From assembly GCF_039654945.1 (NCBI RefSeq), contig NW_027361792.1:1550001-1614000 (forward strand): 64,000 nucleotides of DNA, read 5' to 3'. Position numbers and translations under genes: made by a program. Each line of letters begins with the position of its first letter. Positions within the stretch are counted from its first letter, which is position 1. Under the pieces are notes generated by a model. The model was not told where the DNA came from and did no database searches. It worked only from the letters and a program-made list of their open reading frames with translations. Below are positions 35,360 to 48,080 of the stretch, one piece after another. This stretch comes from Dendrobates tinctorius. Its lineage: Eukaryota.

Positions 35360-37418
35360 GTACAAAAAGGCACAGACAAGGGAAGAAAACAGCTTACTAC
35401 TCAGCACAATTAGACCCAGTGATCAGAGGGTCACCTACGTGTGTCCGTGTGGTAGGAGCAGCTGCACTACTACTAGGAAAGGCATGTGAGATCACACTGA
35501 CGTTTCCGTTGACAGTCTATTCCCCGCATGACATCCATGCCATACTCGTACAAGTTCAACCAAAACATCTGTCTATGGCCAGACAGCTCTGACTTGAGTG
35601 TGCTCTACTAATTCCTGAGTATGTCACCCTCAAAAGATGTAACGTTCTGAATCCACCCACCCTCCTGCGGATTCAGAAAAGGGGGAATTGGTATTAGTGA
35701 GGAAGAATACTTTGACATGACGCACGGACATGACTGCATAGAACTGATGAGTCAGGAGACAGTGGGTTTTGCACACGTTCATGAAAAACCTGTTAATAAT
35801 GCAGACTTTGAGTTTTTTTGTAGATGGCTCCAGATACCACCAGGATGGGCGATTCTACACTGGATATGCAGTAGTATCCTCACATGAGGTAATCCGAGCG
35901 GAACCTTTCCCTCCTCACATGTCGGCGCAGGAGGCAGAGGTGAAGGTACTCACTGAGGCGTGTAGAGCCGCTGCAGGTAAAGTCGCTAATATTTACACTG
36001 ATTCGAACTATGCATGGGGAATAGCCCATGATTATGGCCCTATCTGGAGAAGCAGAGCGTTTCTTACATCAGCCAGTAAGCCCATTAAAAATGCAGAGCT
36101 AGTGAAACAATTGATGGAGGCATTGATGATACCAGTCCAGGTTGGCATTGTCAAGGTAAAAGCACACACAAAAGTGACTCCGTGGAGGTAGAGGGCAAGG
36201 GAAGGGCGGATGAGGCTGCTAAAGTAGCAGCAAGGCAGCCTAGGGAGCAGTGGACGGTGGCGGGGAGTCAGCGTATTCCAGCCACATTCAGGACATCTAG
36301 GCTCAAATCCCTCCGGCAAAAGGCTGCCCAAACAGAGAAGGTACACCGGGGGAGACTGGGAGCTGAGCTGAACTCAAACGGAGTATGGGAGAATAAGGAT
36401 AAATTGTGCCCACCAAAGTCCCTGCTCCCAATCATGGCACAAGCAGCACATGGCCCCACTCACACCTCCAAAAGTCACATGTGTGCCATGGTAGATGCCT
36501 TCTGGATCGCTCCTGGTTTCAGTTACGCAGTCGCGAAACTTGTACAATCACGCCTCATCTGTGCACAGCACAACCCAGGTAAAACAGTAAAAGTCCCTAA
36601 GAAAGCGACACCTAGACCTCTCTACCCGTTTCAGAGACTGCAGATTGACGACACACAGCTACCAAGGTAGGAGTGTATGAATATGTCCTAGTATGTGTAG
36701 ATCTCTTCTCTGGTTGGCCGGAAGCCTATCCGGTAAAATGTGCAACTGCTAAAACGACTGCAGACAAACTGATGAAAGAACTGATCTGCAGGTATGGTGT
36801 CCCAGAAGCCACAGAAACAGATAGGGGTACACACTTCACGGGAGAAATAATGAGGGAAGTTCTGCAGGCCCCGGGTGCGCAGCAAGCATTTCATACACCA
36901 TATAGGCCACAAAGTAGTGGGAAAGTGGAAAGACTAAATGGGACACTTAAACGGAAAATTCAAAAGGCCATGGCAAACACAGGAAAGAGCTGGGTGGAGT
37001 GCTTGCCTCTTGCATTCTTTTCAGTCAGACACACTCCAAATAGAAAGACAGGCTTGTCTCCTTCTGAAGTCCTGTTGGTAGTGCACCAAAGACTGGTCTG
37101 TACTTCCCACAGGTGCTACAAATACAACACGGTTCTAGGACTAGGACAGCCTATGTCCAGGCCTTGCAGGAAAACCTTAATGTGGTGCATAAACATGTGT
37201 TCTCATCCATTCCAGATCCTAATGCCAGTACAGATGTGCATCAGCTGAATCCAGGTGATTGGGTGGTTATACGCAGACACGTGAGAAGGATCCTGGACCC
37301 ACGATTTGACGGCCCCTTCCAAGTCCAGCTGACCACATCCACCTCAGTAAAACTTGAGGGAAAGCCCACCTGGATCCACGCCAGTCACTGCAAGAAGGTC
37401 CTGTCAACAGCAGAATGA
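35360..37418 (+). pseudogene. pol: ERV pol remnant: RT connection, RNase H, integrase
   Basis: AYYSAQLDPV, FVDGS, SAQEAE, IYTDS, HGPTH..LIC, PFQRLQID, TDRGTHF, QSSGKVER, FDGPF, WIHASHCK; frameshifts and stops. Confidence 0.95.
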
Positions 37419-38350
37419 CTGTTCTCATCACCTTGCTGGCAGTGACAGGGTTACTGCACTCTACAGAGACACAGGACAAACCCTTAAATGTTGACTGGGA
37501 CAACAAACTTATTCGCCATCATGCTCTTCTCATAAAGGACATGGAAGGACAGAAACCAAAAGACTGTTGGATCTGTACTCACAGCCCAGTATCTGCGAGG
37601 ACTATGCCGTACTTGGCCTTACCTCCGGAGCCATGGGAGGTATTAACCCCTCACTGCATACACAATGAGACTTGGACTCAATCTAGGTTTTGGGGAAAAG
37701 ATGTGCCCCGTGATATATCTGCCTCATTGGCTATAGTCGAATGGGCCGCTAACCCCTGGTTTCAGTTCAATATAACGCGGCCTAAAGGTACAAATGTGGT
37801 GGCGGGAATATGACTCAGATGTCGGTAATATGGTCGCCAGGAGGAGGACTGAAATCCCTCACTCAGACCCTATTCCCAATGATGGACTGTGGTTCAGTCT
37901 TCAACACACTGGAGCAGATACCTGTGGTGAGGACAATAATTGCTTCTGCATATACACTCGCGATCAAACACAGGTTAATGAGACGGTGTACCAGGATGGT
38001 GTTGAAGGCTGTAAATCATCTACGGGTAAAATAATAAGGAAAGAAAGGGGTAAATGTACATCTGGTATAAGGGAAAACAGATGAATAATACTTGGTGCGC
38101 CCATAAGCCTACAGTAGGTCAGGACATTTGAGTTTATAGCAATGTATACAGACCCCTGGTCACGTTTGTGTTCTCCCTGACTGAGTATTCTTGGTTTGCG
38201 GACATCGTGCCTACAGGTGGGTGAGCCCGGACATAAGAGGGGTCTGCGCTCTTGCTAAACTGACACCAGCCACTTTCATAGTTCATCATAATAATATAGA
38301 CACAGCAGCAGTTCCAATTCATACTTTGTATAGAAGGGCTGCAGACAATA
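37415..38350 (+). pseudogene. env: ERV env remnant (signal peptide and SU)
   Basis: MTVLITLLAVTGLL signal, CWIC motif, GVCALAKLTP; start overlaps the pol stop; frameshifted; TM missing. Confidence 0.8.
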
Positions 38351-38351
38351 A

Positions 38352-38908
38352 GCGGCAGCCTCACAGGAGAGAGCCAACGCGGGCGGCCTCGCAGGAGAGC
38401 GCCAACGCGGGCGGCCTCGAAGGAGAGAGCCAACGCGGGCGGCCTCGAAGGAGAGAGCCAACGCGGGCGGCCTCGCAGGACAGAGCCAACGCGGGCGGCC
38501 TCGCAGGACAGAGCCAACGCGGGCGGCCTCGCAGGACAGAGCCAACGCGGGCGGCCTCGCAGGACAGAGCCAACGCGGGCGGCCTCGCAGGACAGAGCCA
38601 ACGCGGGCGGCCTCGCAGGACAGAGCCAACGCGGGCGGCCTCGCAGGACAGAGCCAACGCGGGCGGCCTCGCAGGACAGAGCCAACGCGGCGGCCTCGCA
38701 GGACAGAGCCAACGCGGCGGCCTCGCAGGACAGAGCCAACGCGGCGGCCTCGCAGGACAGAGCCAACGCGGCGGCCTCGCAGGACAGAGCCAACGCGGCG
38801 GCCTCGGGGCCTCGCAGGACAGAGCCAACGCGGCGGCCTCGGGGCCTCGCAGGACAGAGCCAACGCGGCGGCCTCGGGGCCTCGCAGGACAGAGCCAACG
38901 CGGCGGCT
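38352..38908. repeat. 28-bp GC-rich minisatellite (27- and 35-bp variants at right)
   Basis: Unit GGGCGGCCTCGCAGGACAGAGCCAACGC. Confidence 0.95.
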
Positions 38909-39219
38909 GCGGGCTCCTGCGGTTACAGGGAGTGATGGCCGGGATCGGATCGCATACAGAATCCGCAGTTATTGTTTTGCTTTTCTAAGTTCTGATTATT
39001 ATTTTAAATCGATAAGATATAACCCCCCACCACCACCACCCGAAATGCAGCTCAGACCGGAAAGGGTTAACAGCCATGTGATCTCCCTGCACTGACACAC
39101 TGTAGCAGAGGTCAGCAGTCTCACTCTGGGAGTTCTCACTCACTGAAGGCAAGCAGAGGTCCTGCCACCAGAGAGAGGATAAAGCAGATTAATCAGAAGA
39201 CGCAGAACGTTCATGATGT

Positions 39220-39640
39220 GATGGGACTACAGGCACCAGCAAGCCCCAGCCCTGTGGTCAGGCAATACTGTGACTTGTAGTCCACCGGAGCCGGGATTCA
39301 CCTCCCACTCTCTCCTTACCGATCAGGACTCACTCAACCGGAAGTCTGCAAGCAGCAGCGCCCCCGCCGGAAGTGCTCTTCCCAAAACCCTGTCCGGCAG
39401 GAAATGACTGTTGTATATTGGTTCCTGCACTGTGACGTTCCAACATCAGAGCTGTCACCTAGCCCCGCCCACATGGGCGTAGAGAGCAGGGAGACAGGAC
39501 GGGCGGGGGAGGACTCGGTTCCCATGGAGACCTGGTTTCCCTTTCCGCCCAGAACCCGGATATCTGAGCGCAGAAGAAGGCACGGGAGGAGCCGCCGGGA
39601 GCAGCGCGGACACCGGTGAGAGGGCGGGGCAAGGTCACAT
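39220..39640. promoter_or_regulatory. Bidirectional GC-rich promoter of ZNF408 and ARHGAP1 with probable non-coding first exons
   Basis: Two CCGGAAGT ETS sites (39338, 39367), GC boxes (39461, 39501, 39622), two ACTACA motifs, outward-facing donors after 39320 (minus, gtaagg) and 39615 (plus, gtgaga). Confidence 0.75.
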
Positions 39641-39715
39641 GACCGGGGACCTGGTGTCTGTGAGGGAGGGGCTGTCACCGGACGACCACCCCCATCATAA
39701 CATTACGGGAGGAGT

Positions 39716-42150
39716 GGGGTCCCCTGCGCGGTGTCGTCTCTGGGGTCGTCTGCGCGGTGTCGCCTCTGGGGTCGTCTGCGCGGTGTCGCCTCTGGGGTCG
39801 TCTGCGCGGTGACGTCTCTGGGGTCGTCTGCGCGGTGTCGCCTCTGGGGTCGTCTGCGCGGTGACGTCTCTGGGGTCGTCTGCGCGGTGTCGCCTCTGGG
39901 GTCGTCTGCGCGGTGTCGTCTCTGGGGTCGTCTGCGCGGTGTCGCCTCTGGGGTCGTCTGCGCGGTGTCGCCTCTGGGGTCGTCTGCGCGGTGTCGCCTC
40001 TGGGGTCGTCTGGGCGGTGTCGCCTCTGGGGTCGTCTGCGCGGTGACGTCTCTGGGGTCGTCTGCGCGGTGACGTCTCTGGGGTCGTCTGGGCGGTGTCG
40101 TCTCTGGGGTCGTCTGCGCGGTGTCGCCTCTGGGGTCGTCTGGGCGGTGACGTCTCTGGGGTCGTCTGCGCGGTGACGTCTCTGGGGTCGTCTGCGCGGT
40201 GACGTCTCTGGGGTCGTCTGCGCGGTGACGTCTCTGGGGTCGTCTGCGCGGTGACGTCTCTGGGGTCGTCTGCGCGGTGTCGCCTCTGGGGTCGTCTGGG
40301 CGGTGTCGTCTCTGGGGTCGTCTGCGCGGTGTCGTCTCTGGGGTCGTCTGCGCGGTGTCGTCTCTGGGGTCGTCTGCGCGGTGTCGTCTCTGGGGTCGTC
40401 TGCGCGGTGTCGTCTCTGGGGTCGTCTGGGCGGTGTCGTCTCTGGGGTCGTCTGCGCGGTGTCGTCTCTGGGGTCGTCTGGGCGGTGTCGTCTCTGGGGT
40501 CGTCTGGGCGGTGTCGTCTCTGGGGTCGTCTGGGCGGTGTCGTCTCTGGGGTCGTCTGGGCGGTGTCGTCTCTGGGGTCGTCTGCGCGGTGTCGTCTCTG
40601 GGGTCGTCTGGGCGGTGTCGTCTCTGGGGTCGTCTGGGCGGTGTCGTCTCTGGGGTCGTCTGCGCGGTGTCGTCTCTGGGGTCGTCTGGGCGGTGTCGCC
40701 TCTGGGGTCGTCTGCGCGGTGTCGCCTCTGGGGTCGTCTGCGCGGTGTCGTCTCTGGGGTCGTCTGCGCGGTGTCGCCTCTGGGGTCGTCTGCGCGGTGT
40801 CGCCTCTGGGGTCGTCTGCGCGGTGTCGCCTCTGGGGTCGTCTGGGCGGTGTCGTCTCTGGGGTCGTCTGCGCGGTGTCGCCTCTGGGGTCGTCTGGGCG
40901 GTGTCGTCTCTGGGGTCGTCTGCGCGGTGTCGTCTCTGGGGTCGTCTGGGCGGTGTCGTCTCTGGGGTCGTCTGCGCGGTGTCGTCTCTGGGGTCGTCTG
41001 GGCGGTGTCGTCTCTGGGGTCGTCTGGGCGGTGTCGCCTCTGGGGTCGTCTGGGCGGTGTCGTCTCTGGGGTCGTCTGCGCGGTGTCGTCTCTGGGGTCG
41101 TCTGGGCGGTGTCGCCTCTGGGGTCGTCTGCGCGGTGTCGTCTCTGGGGTCGTCTGGGCGGTGTCGCCTCTGGGGTCGTCTGGGCGGTGTCGTCTCTGGG
41201 GTCGTCTGGGCGGTGTCGTCTCTGGGGTCGTCTGCGCGGTGTCGTCTCTGGGGTCGTCTGCGCGGTGACGTCTCTGGGGTCGTCTGCGCGGTGTCGCCTC
41301 TGGGGTCGTCTGCGCGGTGTCGCCTCTGGGGTCGTCTGCGCGGTGTCGCCTCTGGGGTCGTCTGCGCGGTGTCGCCTCTGGGGTCGTCTGCGCGGTGTCG
41401 CCTCTGGGGTCGTCTGCGCGGTGTCGCCTCTGGGGTCGTCTGCGCGGTGTCGCCTCTGGGGTCGTCTGCGCGGTGTCGCCTCTGGGGTCGTCTGCGCGGT
41501 GTCGCCTCTGGGGTCGTCTGCGCGGTGTCGCCTCTGGGGTCGTCTGCGCGGTGTCGCCTCTGGGGTCGTCTGCGCGGTGTCGCCTCTGGGGTCCTCTGCG
41601 CGGTGTCGCCTCTGGGGTCCTCTGCGCGGTGTCGCCTCTGGGGTCTCTGTAGTGAGGTCTCTGGGGCCCTCTGCGCGGTGACGCCTCTGGGGCCCTCTGC
41701 GCGGTGACGCCTCTGGGGCCCTCTGCGCGGTGACGCCTCTGGGGCCCTCTGCGCGGTGACGCCTCTGGGGCCCTCTGCGCGGTGACGCCTCTGGGGCCCT
41801 CTGCGCGGTGTCGCCTCTGGGGTCCTCTGCGCGGTGTCGCCTCTGGGGTCCTCTGCGCGGTGTCGCCTCTGGGGTCCTCTGCGCGGTGTCGCCTCTGGGG
41901 TCCTCTGCGCGGTGTCGCCTCTGGGGTCCTCTGCGCGGTGTCGCCTCTGGGGTCCTCTGCGCGGTGTCGCCTCTGGGGTCCTCTGCGCGGTGTCGCCTCT
42001 GGGGTCCTCTGCGCGGTGGCGTCTCTGGGGTCCTCTGCGCGGTGGCGTCTCTGGGGTCCTCTGCGCGGTGGCGTCTCTGGGGTCCTCTGCGCGGTGGCGT
42101 CTTTGGGGTCCTCTGCGCGGTGACGCCTCGGGTCCTCTGCGCGGTGTCGT
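39716..42150. repeat. 26-bp CpG-rich minisatellite in the first intron of ARHGAP1
   Basis: Unit CTGCGCGGTGTCGCCTCTGGGGTCGT, roughly 93 copies by length. Confidence 0.97.
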
Positions 42151-44954
42151 CCTCCTCTGTCTCTTCTCCCGCACCCTCTGCCTGTATCCTGTGTTGCTCT
42201 CCGGTCCCCGAGTCTCGTATGATGCACGGTATCTGTTCGGAGCTCTGTAGCCTCGTGGTTTTCTCCGCTCTCCCCTCCGGTGCGGGGGGGTTTCTCTAGT
42301 ATTGCGGATTGGGATCCTATCTGACCTCTGACCTCTGCCCTATTTCCTTTCTGCCACAGTCTGACTTTTCTTTTTTTGCTGTCCCTTATTTCTGCTGAGA
42401 TTTCCTTCAGTTTCCCCCGTGTCGCCTCCTTGGACCTGCGATGCCTCTTCCTTGGGGTTTCTCCTCTGATCGCCCTCCGATGTCTTTTTCTGTCTGTTAG
42501 ATGGCGTTTTCCTCAGAAACGCCTGAGTCCCAGGGCTGCCATTCTTCTGGGTGCCCCCCTTGCCAGGTTCACCCCTCACCCCAGTCCATGTATTGGCCCA
42601 GTGCCGGTTCTGTGCAACTTGCTGCTTCTCATGACGGTGTCGGTGGGCACAGAGACTGGCATGGATGGCACAAAACCCGATATTACACAAATGGTGATTG
42701 GGCCGCCCACAGCGCCCTCTCTACATACGGGTGTCCAGATGGGCATTGGCATCCGTCAGGCACCAGTAATGGGTGGTTCAGTTCTGGTCCCTGGGGATTG
42801 GCCACTCAGTGTGGATGCCATTATTGGCGCTGTCGCTGCTCTGTGGTCTCCACCCTGTGGCAACACTACAACTCCCAGCATTTCCTGGAAACCCAAATAA
42901 TGCTGGGAACTCAGTTTTACAATATCTGAAGAGCAGTAGGCCCCTGGTGACTCCCAGCCCCTGGTGACTGCTGGCCCACAGTCACTGCTAACCCATAGTG
43001 ACCCCTGGTGACTTCGGGCCCCCTGGTGACTTCTGGCCCCTGCTGGCCCCTGGTGACTGCTGGCCTCAGTGTTTCCGTTGGCAATTTGTGCAAGATGTTA
43101 CCACTGTCTGGGGTGAGGAGTGGGATTTATGGGATAGTGGCAAATCTACCCTGGACCCTGATCGTGCAGTTCTGCCATACATAGCAGGGCAGAATGGGAA
43201 TACTGCAGTCTGAGAAAGCAGGGGAGCGACCTCAGAGATGTCATGGAGGCCAATGCTGTTCCATCGATGCCATGAATGTGTCACCTACTGGGCTGCTTGC
43301 TGCAGTATTGATAAAATCCTTGTTTTTTTTTCTGCAGACGTAGCAGTTCTTTGAATGCTGAGCTCCATATAACCCCGCCCACACCAGTGACTGACAACTC
43401 TGTGTTCACTGGGCATAGGCAGAAAGCTGCCAATCGGGTGTTGTTGGGGTTACACAGGGCTCATCATTCGAGCTCTGTTAGATCAGCAGAGAGAACAGGG
43501 ATTTTGTCAAAACTGCAGAGAGCAGCCCAGTAAGTGACAGATTGCTGGAATCAGCTTCTCTGTCTCTACCTTGTGCTGTTGTCAAATTACATGGCGATAG
43601 CCTGCTGACAGGCTCCTTCTGGTGCAGCCCCACTGTGCTTCCTCCTGGAAATCGATGGTAGTCGGCATTTTACATCTTTTTTTTTTTTGTAGTTGCAGTT
43701 TATGGGAAGCATCAGGAAGTTTCGGCTCTCGCGCCCATTTCCTATCTCTGTGGAGACTGGAGTGCAATCTCTCTCCCCGTCCTCATTACCCTGCCTGTGG
43801 TTATAGAGTAACTCTCGGAGGTAAAAGTCCCCGCAGGGTCCAGCATCAAGACTTAGGATTGGCTAATTCACTACCTTTCTCCGTGTATTCCGGCCCCGAG
43901 GGCCGTGTCAGCGCTGTCTCTGCCCCCGTCAGCCCAGGTGGATGGCAGGATGAGGACCGAGATCATGTCTGCTGCCACCAGACGGAAAACACAGCGCTGA
44001 CGGTTTCTCCACCGACTCGTAGATGATCTGTAATGCAGACGCCTTTCTGTTCTGTATCATTAAAGGGGTTTCCAGGATAAGGAAAATCATGGCTGCCCTC
44101 TTCCCAGAACGGCGCCAACCCTATTTATAGGTTTAGTCTGCTATTGCAGCTCCACTCCATCAAGGTGAATGGTGCAGAGCTGCAATCCTCCAAACTTACC
44201 CCTCAATGATGACGACAAAGGGGGAAACATTGAATATTCTACGCTCTGAGCCCTGCAGACTTCGTGTTCATCCACACGGGGTTTTGCAGCAGCCATGATG
44301 CTGGCCATATACTGCCCACTTCACTCTTACCATTGCAGAAAGTGGAAAATCTTCACATCTGACCCTTGTGAACAGATCCTTGCAGTAAACGCAGACGTAG
44401 CAGGTTTTCTGTAGAAGAATCGTCAGCAGGTTTCATTCTGCAAAACTGAGATCGATGTTAAATTCTGCACCAAGAAGTGACGCGCTGCGGACTCTAATAT
44501 CTGCATCTGAAGGAGGTTTCCACAGTGTCTAGATCTCTTGTGACTCCTCACCTGCTCGTGTATTACGCTGCTGATTTTCTCTTCATACCCTAATTTAGTA
44601 GCAGATTTGCGTGTGGAGGATCTGCAGCTGATTACTCCGTGGATGGGACTTCATGACGTCTCATTCTCACGCTGGGAAGCAAATTATCCGGTGTTCAACA
44701 TTTCTATCCTGTTCTGGAGATGTAGCCCTCTGCAAGTTTACATCAAGATCCGCCGAAAATCTGCTTGTAACACGGTGTTGAGTTTTGTTGCAGATTTCGA
44801 TGAGAATTTGCCGTTGATCCTATCTATAATTGTCAGTTGCCTCTTGATTGGTTGATGGAGATGAGCTGCTATGATGTGACGTCTCCTTTACACCGCACGC
44901 ACAGATATGAGGGATTGCTGCTCTCTTGTCTATGTAGCATGTACAATGTTATAC

Positions 44955-45415
44955 AGAAGTACTGAGAAGTGTAACTGTAAATCCAGCTCTTGAATAAGAT
45001 AATCCACACTCACCAGAAAGCAGCAGCAATATGGAGGTCATTATACAATAGTACTAAGAAGAGTAACTGTAAATTCAGCTCTGGAGTGAGAGAAAACACT
45101 TACCAGACAGCAGCAACACGAAGGGCATTAGTGCTGAGAAGTGTAGCTGTGAATCCAGCTCTAAAGTACAATAAAACAACTTTATAGAAAGCAACTGCAG
45201 GAAGCACATTATATTGAAGTATTGAGCAGTGTAGCTATAAATTCAGCTCAGTGAAATAAAACACTTACTAGAGAGCAGCAGCACCATGGAGGGCATTATA
45301 CAGCAGTGTAGCTGTGAATCCAGCTAAGGGGTGCGGGTTACTACTTATTTGAAAGCTGCAGCATGGAAGACTTAATAGAGCACTAGTAATTATTGTAGCT
45401 GTGAATCCAGCTCAG
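44955..45415. repeat. Old degenerate tandem repeat, about 90-97-bp period, 5 copies
   Basis: Recurrent gtgtarctgtraatycagct anchor. Confidence 0.65.
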
Positions 45416-45759
45416 AGATCAGCTGGGTTCTGCGTGTTTCTCTTTGCCTCCTGCTTTCCTTCATGCCCACTCCTCTCTATAGTCTTGAATACTTGACTAT
45501 AATCTGATCTCTCAGTGACCTGACTGTCCGTTCTCTCAGATCTATTGATGCATAAACAGGAGCCAGGAAGAGATTGGTGACAATGCTTTTGGGAGCTGTA
45601 GTGATGGCCTTGCCTGTTGTCACCCAGTGACAGGTTGTACGTGTAGTGCAACAGTTGTGACCCCACATCTCCCAGCGTGTAGGGCGGTGCTGATGGGAGT
45701 ATCGATGACAGTAATTGGCAGCGTTTATTAATGCTCTTCTGCTTGTTGCAGATCTCGTG

Positions 45760-45898
45760 ATGACTTCAGAAGCTTTGTCAGATCTGCAGGACGACTTGGA
45801 GAGAGATGAAACCACCCACTCCCTGGATCAGCTGAAGCTGGCGTCTCTCGATGACAAGAACTGGCCGCCTGACGACGTGCAGGACTTCCCCAAGTCAG
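45760..45898 (+). CDS. ARHGAP1: Rho GTPase-activating protein 1, coding exon 1
   Basis: MTSEALSDLQDDL...LDQLKLASLDDKNWP; acceptor at 45752. Confidence 0.92.
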
Positions 45899-46737
45899 GT
45901 GATGGCCGGCACCACTGCAGACAATCCGTACTTGATACAAGGGTCTCTTAAAGGGGTAGTCCAGGACCTAGCAGTAGCTGATCATCTGTGAAGATGGGTC
46001 ATCAGTGTGAGTTTGGTGGAATCGGACACCCGACGCTCCCACTGATGAGGGTGAAACTGCTCCTGTGTGGCCTGAAATAAGCCACGTACGTGGCAGGTCA
46101 TTGCTTGGTGATCGCTGCTGGTGACGGCTTCTCTCCGGCCGTCCCTTCGGCAATCAGTTGATGGATGCAGCTAATAGATCTGCTGCAGGAATCCGAGCCG
46201 TCCCTTTTCTTAGGGCTTTTGCCTCACTTGCGGCAGCACTGGGCGGACGTAATGTACCAACAAGACTCTGTTCATACAGTGTATAAGAGACCATGAACGT
46301 TATTTCTGTAGCGGCAGGAATGCCCCCGTGTGACGTCGTGCCCCTCATTCTACACAGAAACAGTGCCAGCTTTGTGCATTTCTCCCGGCCATTCTTTGGG
46401 GTCCCATAGAGCGATTTCTGTAGGGTCATGACCCCTATAATATGTATACCACAATTATCAGTTACTTTTATACTATTCTGTACGGCAGTGATCTCCAGTC
46501 CTTGCAATACTACAACTCCCAGCATGTCCTTACAGCTGAGAGTGAAGAGTAGCCTCAGGGTCTTCTGCTCCTTTAGCTCCAGGGTCTCGGTCACATTGCA
46601 TGTGGGAATTAGCTGGTGTTACTTGGCTTTTTGGAGCGTTCGCTCCTTCCCCCGATCCCCTCCTGTGAGTTTAGCATTGTTCATGTTCTGGGACTTTATT
46701 ATGACTAAAACAGTTTTTTTTTTTTTCTCTACTGCAG

Positions 46738-46830
46738 AGGACTCCAAAGTTTCCCCGGACCCCATCACTCACCTGCGCTGGGATGACCCTTACTACGAAA
46801 TTGCCCGACATCAGATTGTGGAAGTGGCAG
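46738..46830 (+). CDS. ARHGAP1: ARHGAP1 coding exon 2
   Basis: PITHLRWDDPYYEIARHQIVEVA. Confidence 0.95.
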
Positions 46831-47919
46831 GTACAGATGAGCAGTTACTGGATGAGTCCATGGCAGGGTTGTGTCCTTGATTCGGTCCTATTCACACTGG
46901 TGTTGTGGTTTGCTGTGATAACGGATGGACTATAGGCAGCAGCGCTGATTCCGTGTCTCCTGGTGATGTGTATCTCTGATCAATACGGCTTTTCCCAAGT
47001 TCACTTCTATTAGTTTGGGCGATGTGACGGTCGTATTGTGACATTACATGTAGTGATTGGGGCAGTCAGTACATGCGGGTTTGTAAGAACAATTTACTCA
47101 CACAACATATCTGCAGCAGCGAGTTCCGCAATTTTCTTTATAGTCGCAGTGCAGCAGTCCTCTCTGAACAGCTGTCGTTACACCGGTGGCAAACCTTCCA
47201 CCGCTGCGGGTGACGCTAACCTCGGCTGCCACCATGCTTGCAGTGCAACCACTTTCACGCTCGGTTGCAGCAGCAGATCGCAATCTTTGGCCGTGTGACT
47301 TTTGTTGCAGATTGATTCACGACGTAGCCCCAGCCGGTCTCCTTGACATTGTCTGTGCTGTCAGCTGTATACGATTATGGTGAATGTGGGGAGTTCATGG
47401 CACATTGCATCAGCTCCGAGTCCATAAAGCTAAAAATATAGTGTGAAGCTCTGGAATATGGAGTCGTGGCACAGCTCGGCATTGCTACAACCTTTTGTTG
47501 GGGCTTAATCCAGGAGCGTCCAGGTCAGATCTGAATGCTCTATATGGCTTTAGTGCTGCAGGACATTCATACCATACCTGCCAAATTGGAGGATGGAATC
47601 TGGAAAGGAGTCGGTCTCGTGGTGCCCTGAGCTGTCAGCTGGGAATTTTGGTCCATAACCATTACTTTATTTCCACACCATGAGTGCGTGTTCTCCACCT
47701 GTTAATGCACAAGAAGCCATCAGGAATTCCTGATTTCTGAAAGATTTATCTACAGTTGAAAAAAGTGAAACCTCTCGTTGCCAAGTAATACTAACAACTG
47801 AACTACCGTGGCATGATTTATGGCTTGCAGGCAAATTCTCACTAGACGGTAGCGCAGTGTACACTACCTCCATACCAACACTGTGTTCTGTGGAGTCTTC
47901 AGCCTTTGCCAACACTGTG

Positions 47920-48080
47920 TCCTCCACCGTGCCCTCCACCTCCCTGTGTCTGCCGCCCTCGCCCCGCTCCGCGTCCTCTGCCGCCCTCGCCCCGCTCCGC
48001 TCCCTCTGCCGCCCTCGCCCCGATCCCTCTGCCGCCCTCGCCCCCCGCTCCGCGTCCTCTGCCGCCCTCGCTCCGCGTCC
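47920..48080. repeat. Short C-rich tandem repeat of about 28 bp
   Basis: ctctgccgccctcgccccgctccgcgtc and variants. Confidence 0.8.

Larger units (their letters stand above)
32155..38350 (+). mobile_element. Internally deleted, 3'-truncated class I (epsilon-like) endogenous retrovirus in the first intron of ZNF408
   Basis: LTR, tRNA-Lys PBS, gag start, RT connection, RNase H, integrase and env SU in order; no 3' LTR. Confidence 0.92.
27280..39320 (-). other. ZNF408: ZNF408 gene model (4 coding exons plus a probable non-coding first exon whose donor is at 39320)
   Basis: Join 31721-31527, 31444-31398, 30767-30292, 28814-27280 gives an open 750-aa frame; lies between F2 and ARHGAP1 as in mammals. 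Confidence 0.85.

Noticed and set aside
39675-42299. 850- and 823-aa ORFs, and similar ORFs at 14.3-16.1, 38.1-39.0, 51.1-52.4 and 56.8-59.0 kb
   Set aside because: Stop-poor minisatellite units; the same peptide recurs across frames
46042-46057. CTGATGA-GGGT-GAAAC hammerhead-like boxes
   Set aside because: No paired stem II and no convincing flanking stems
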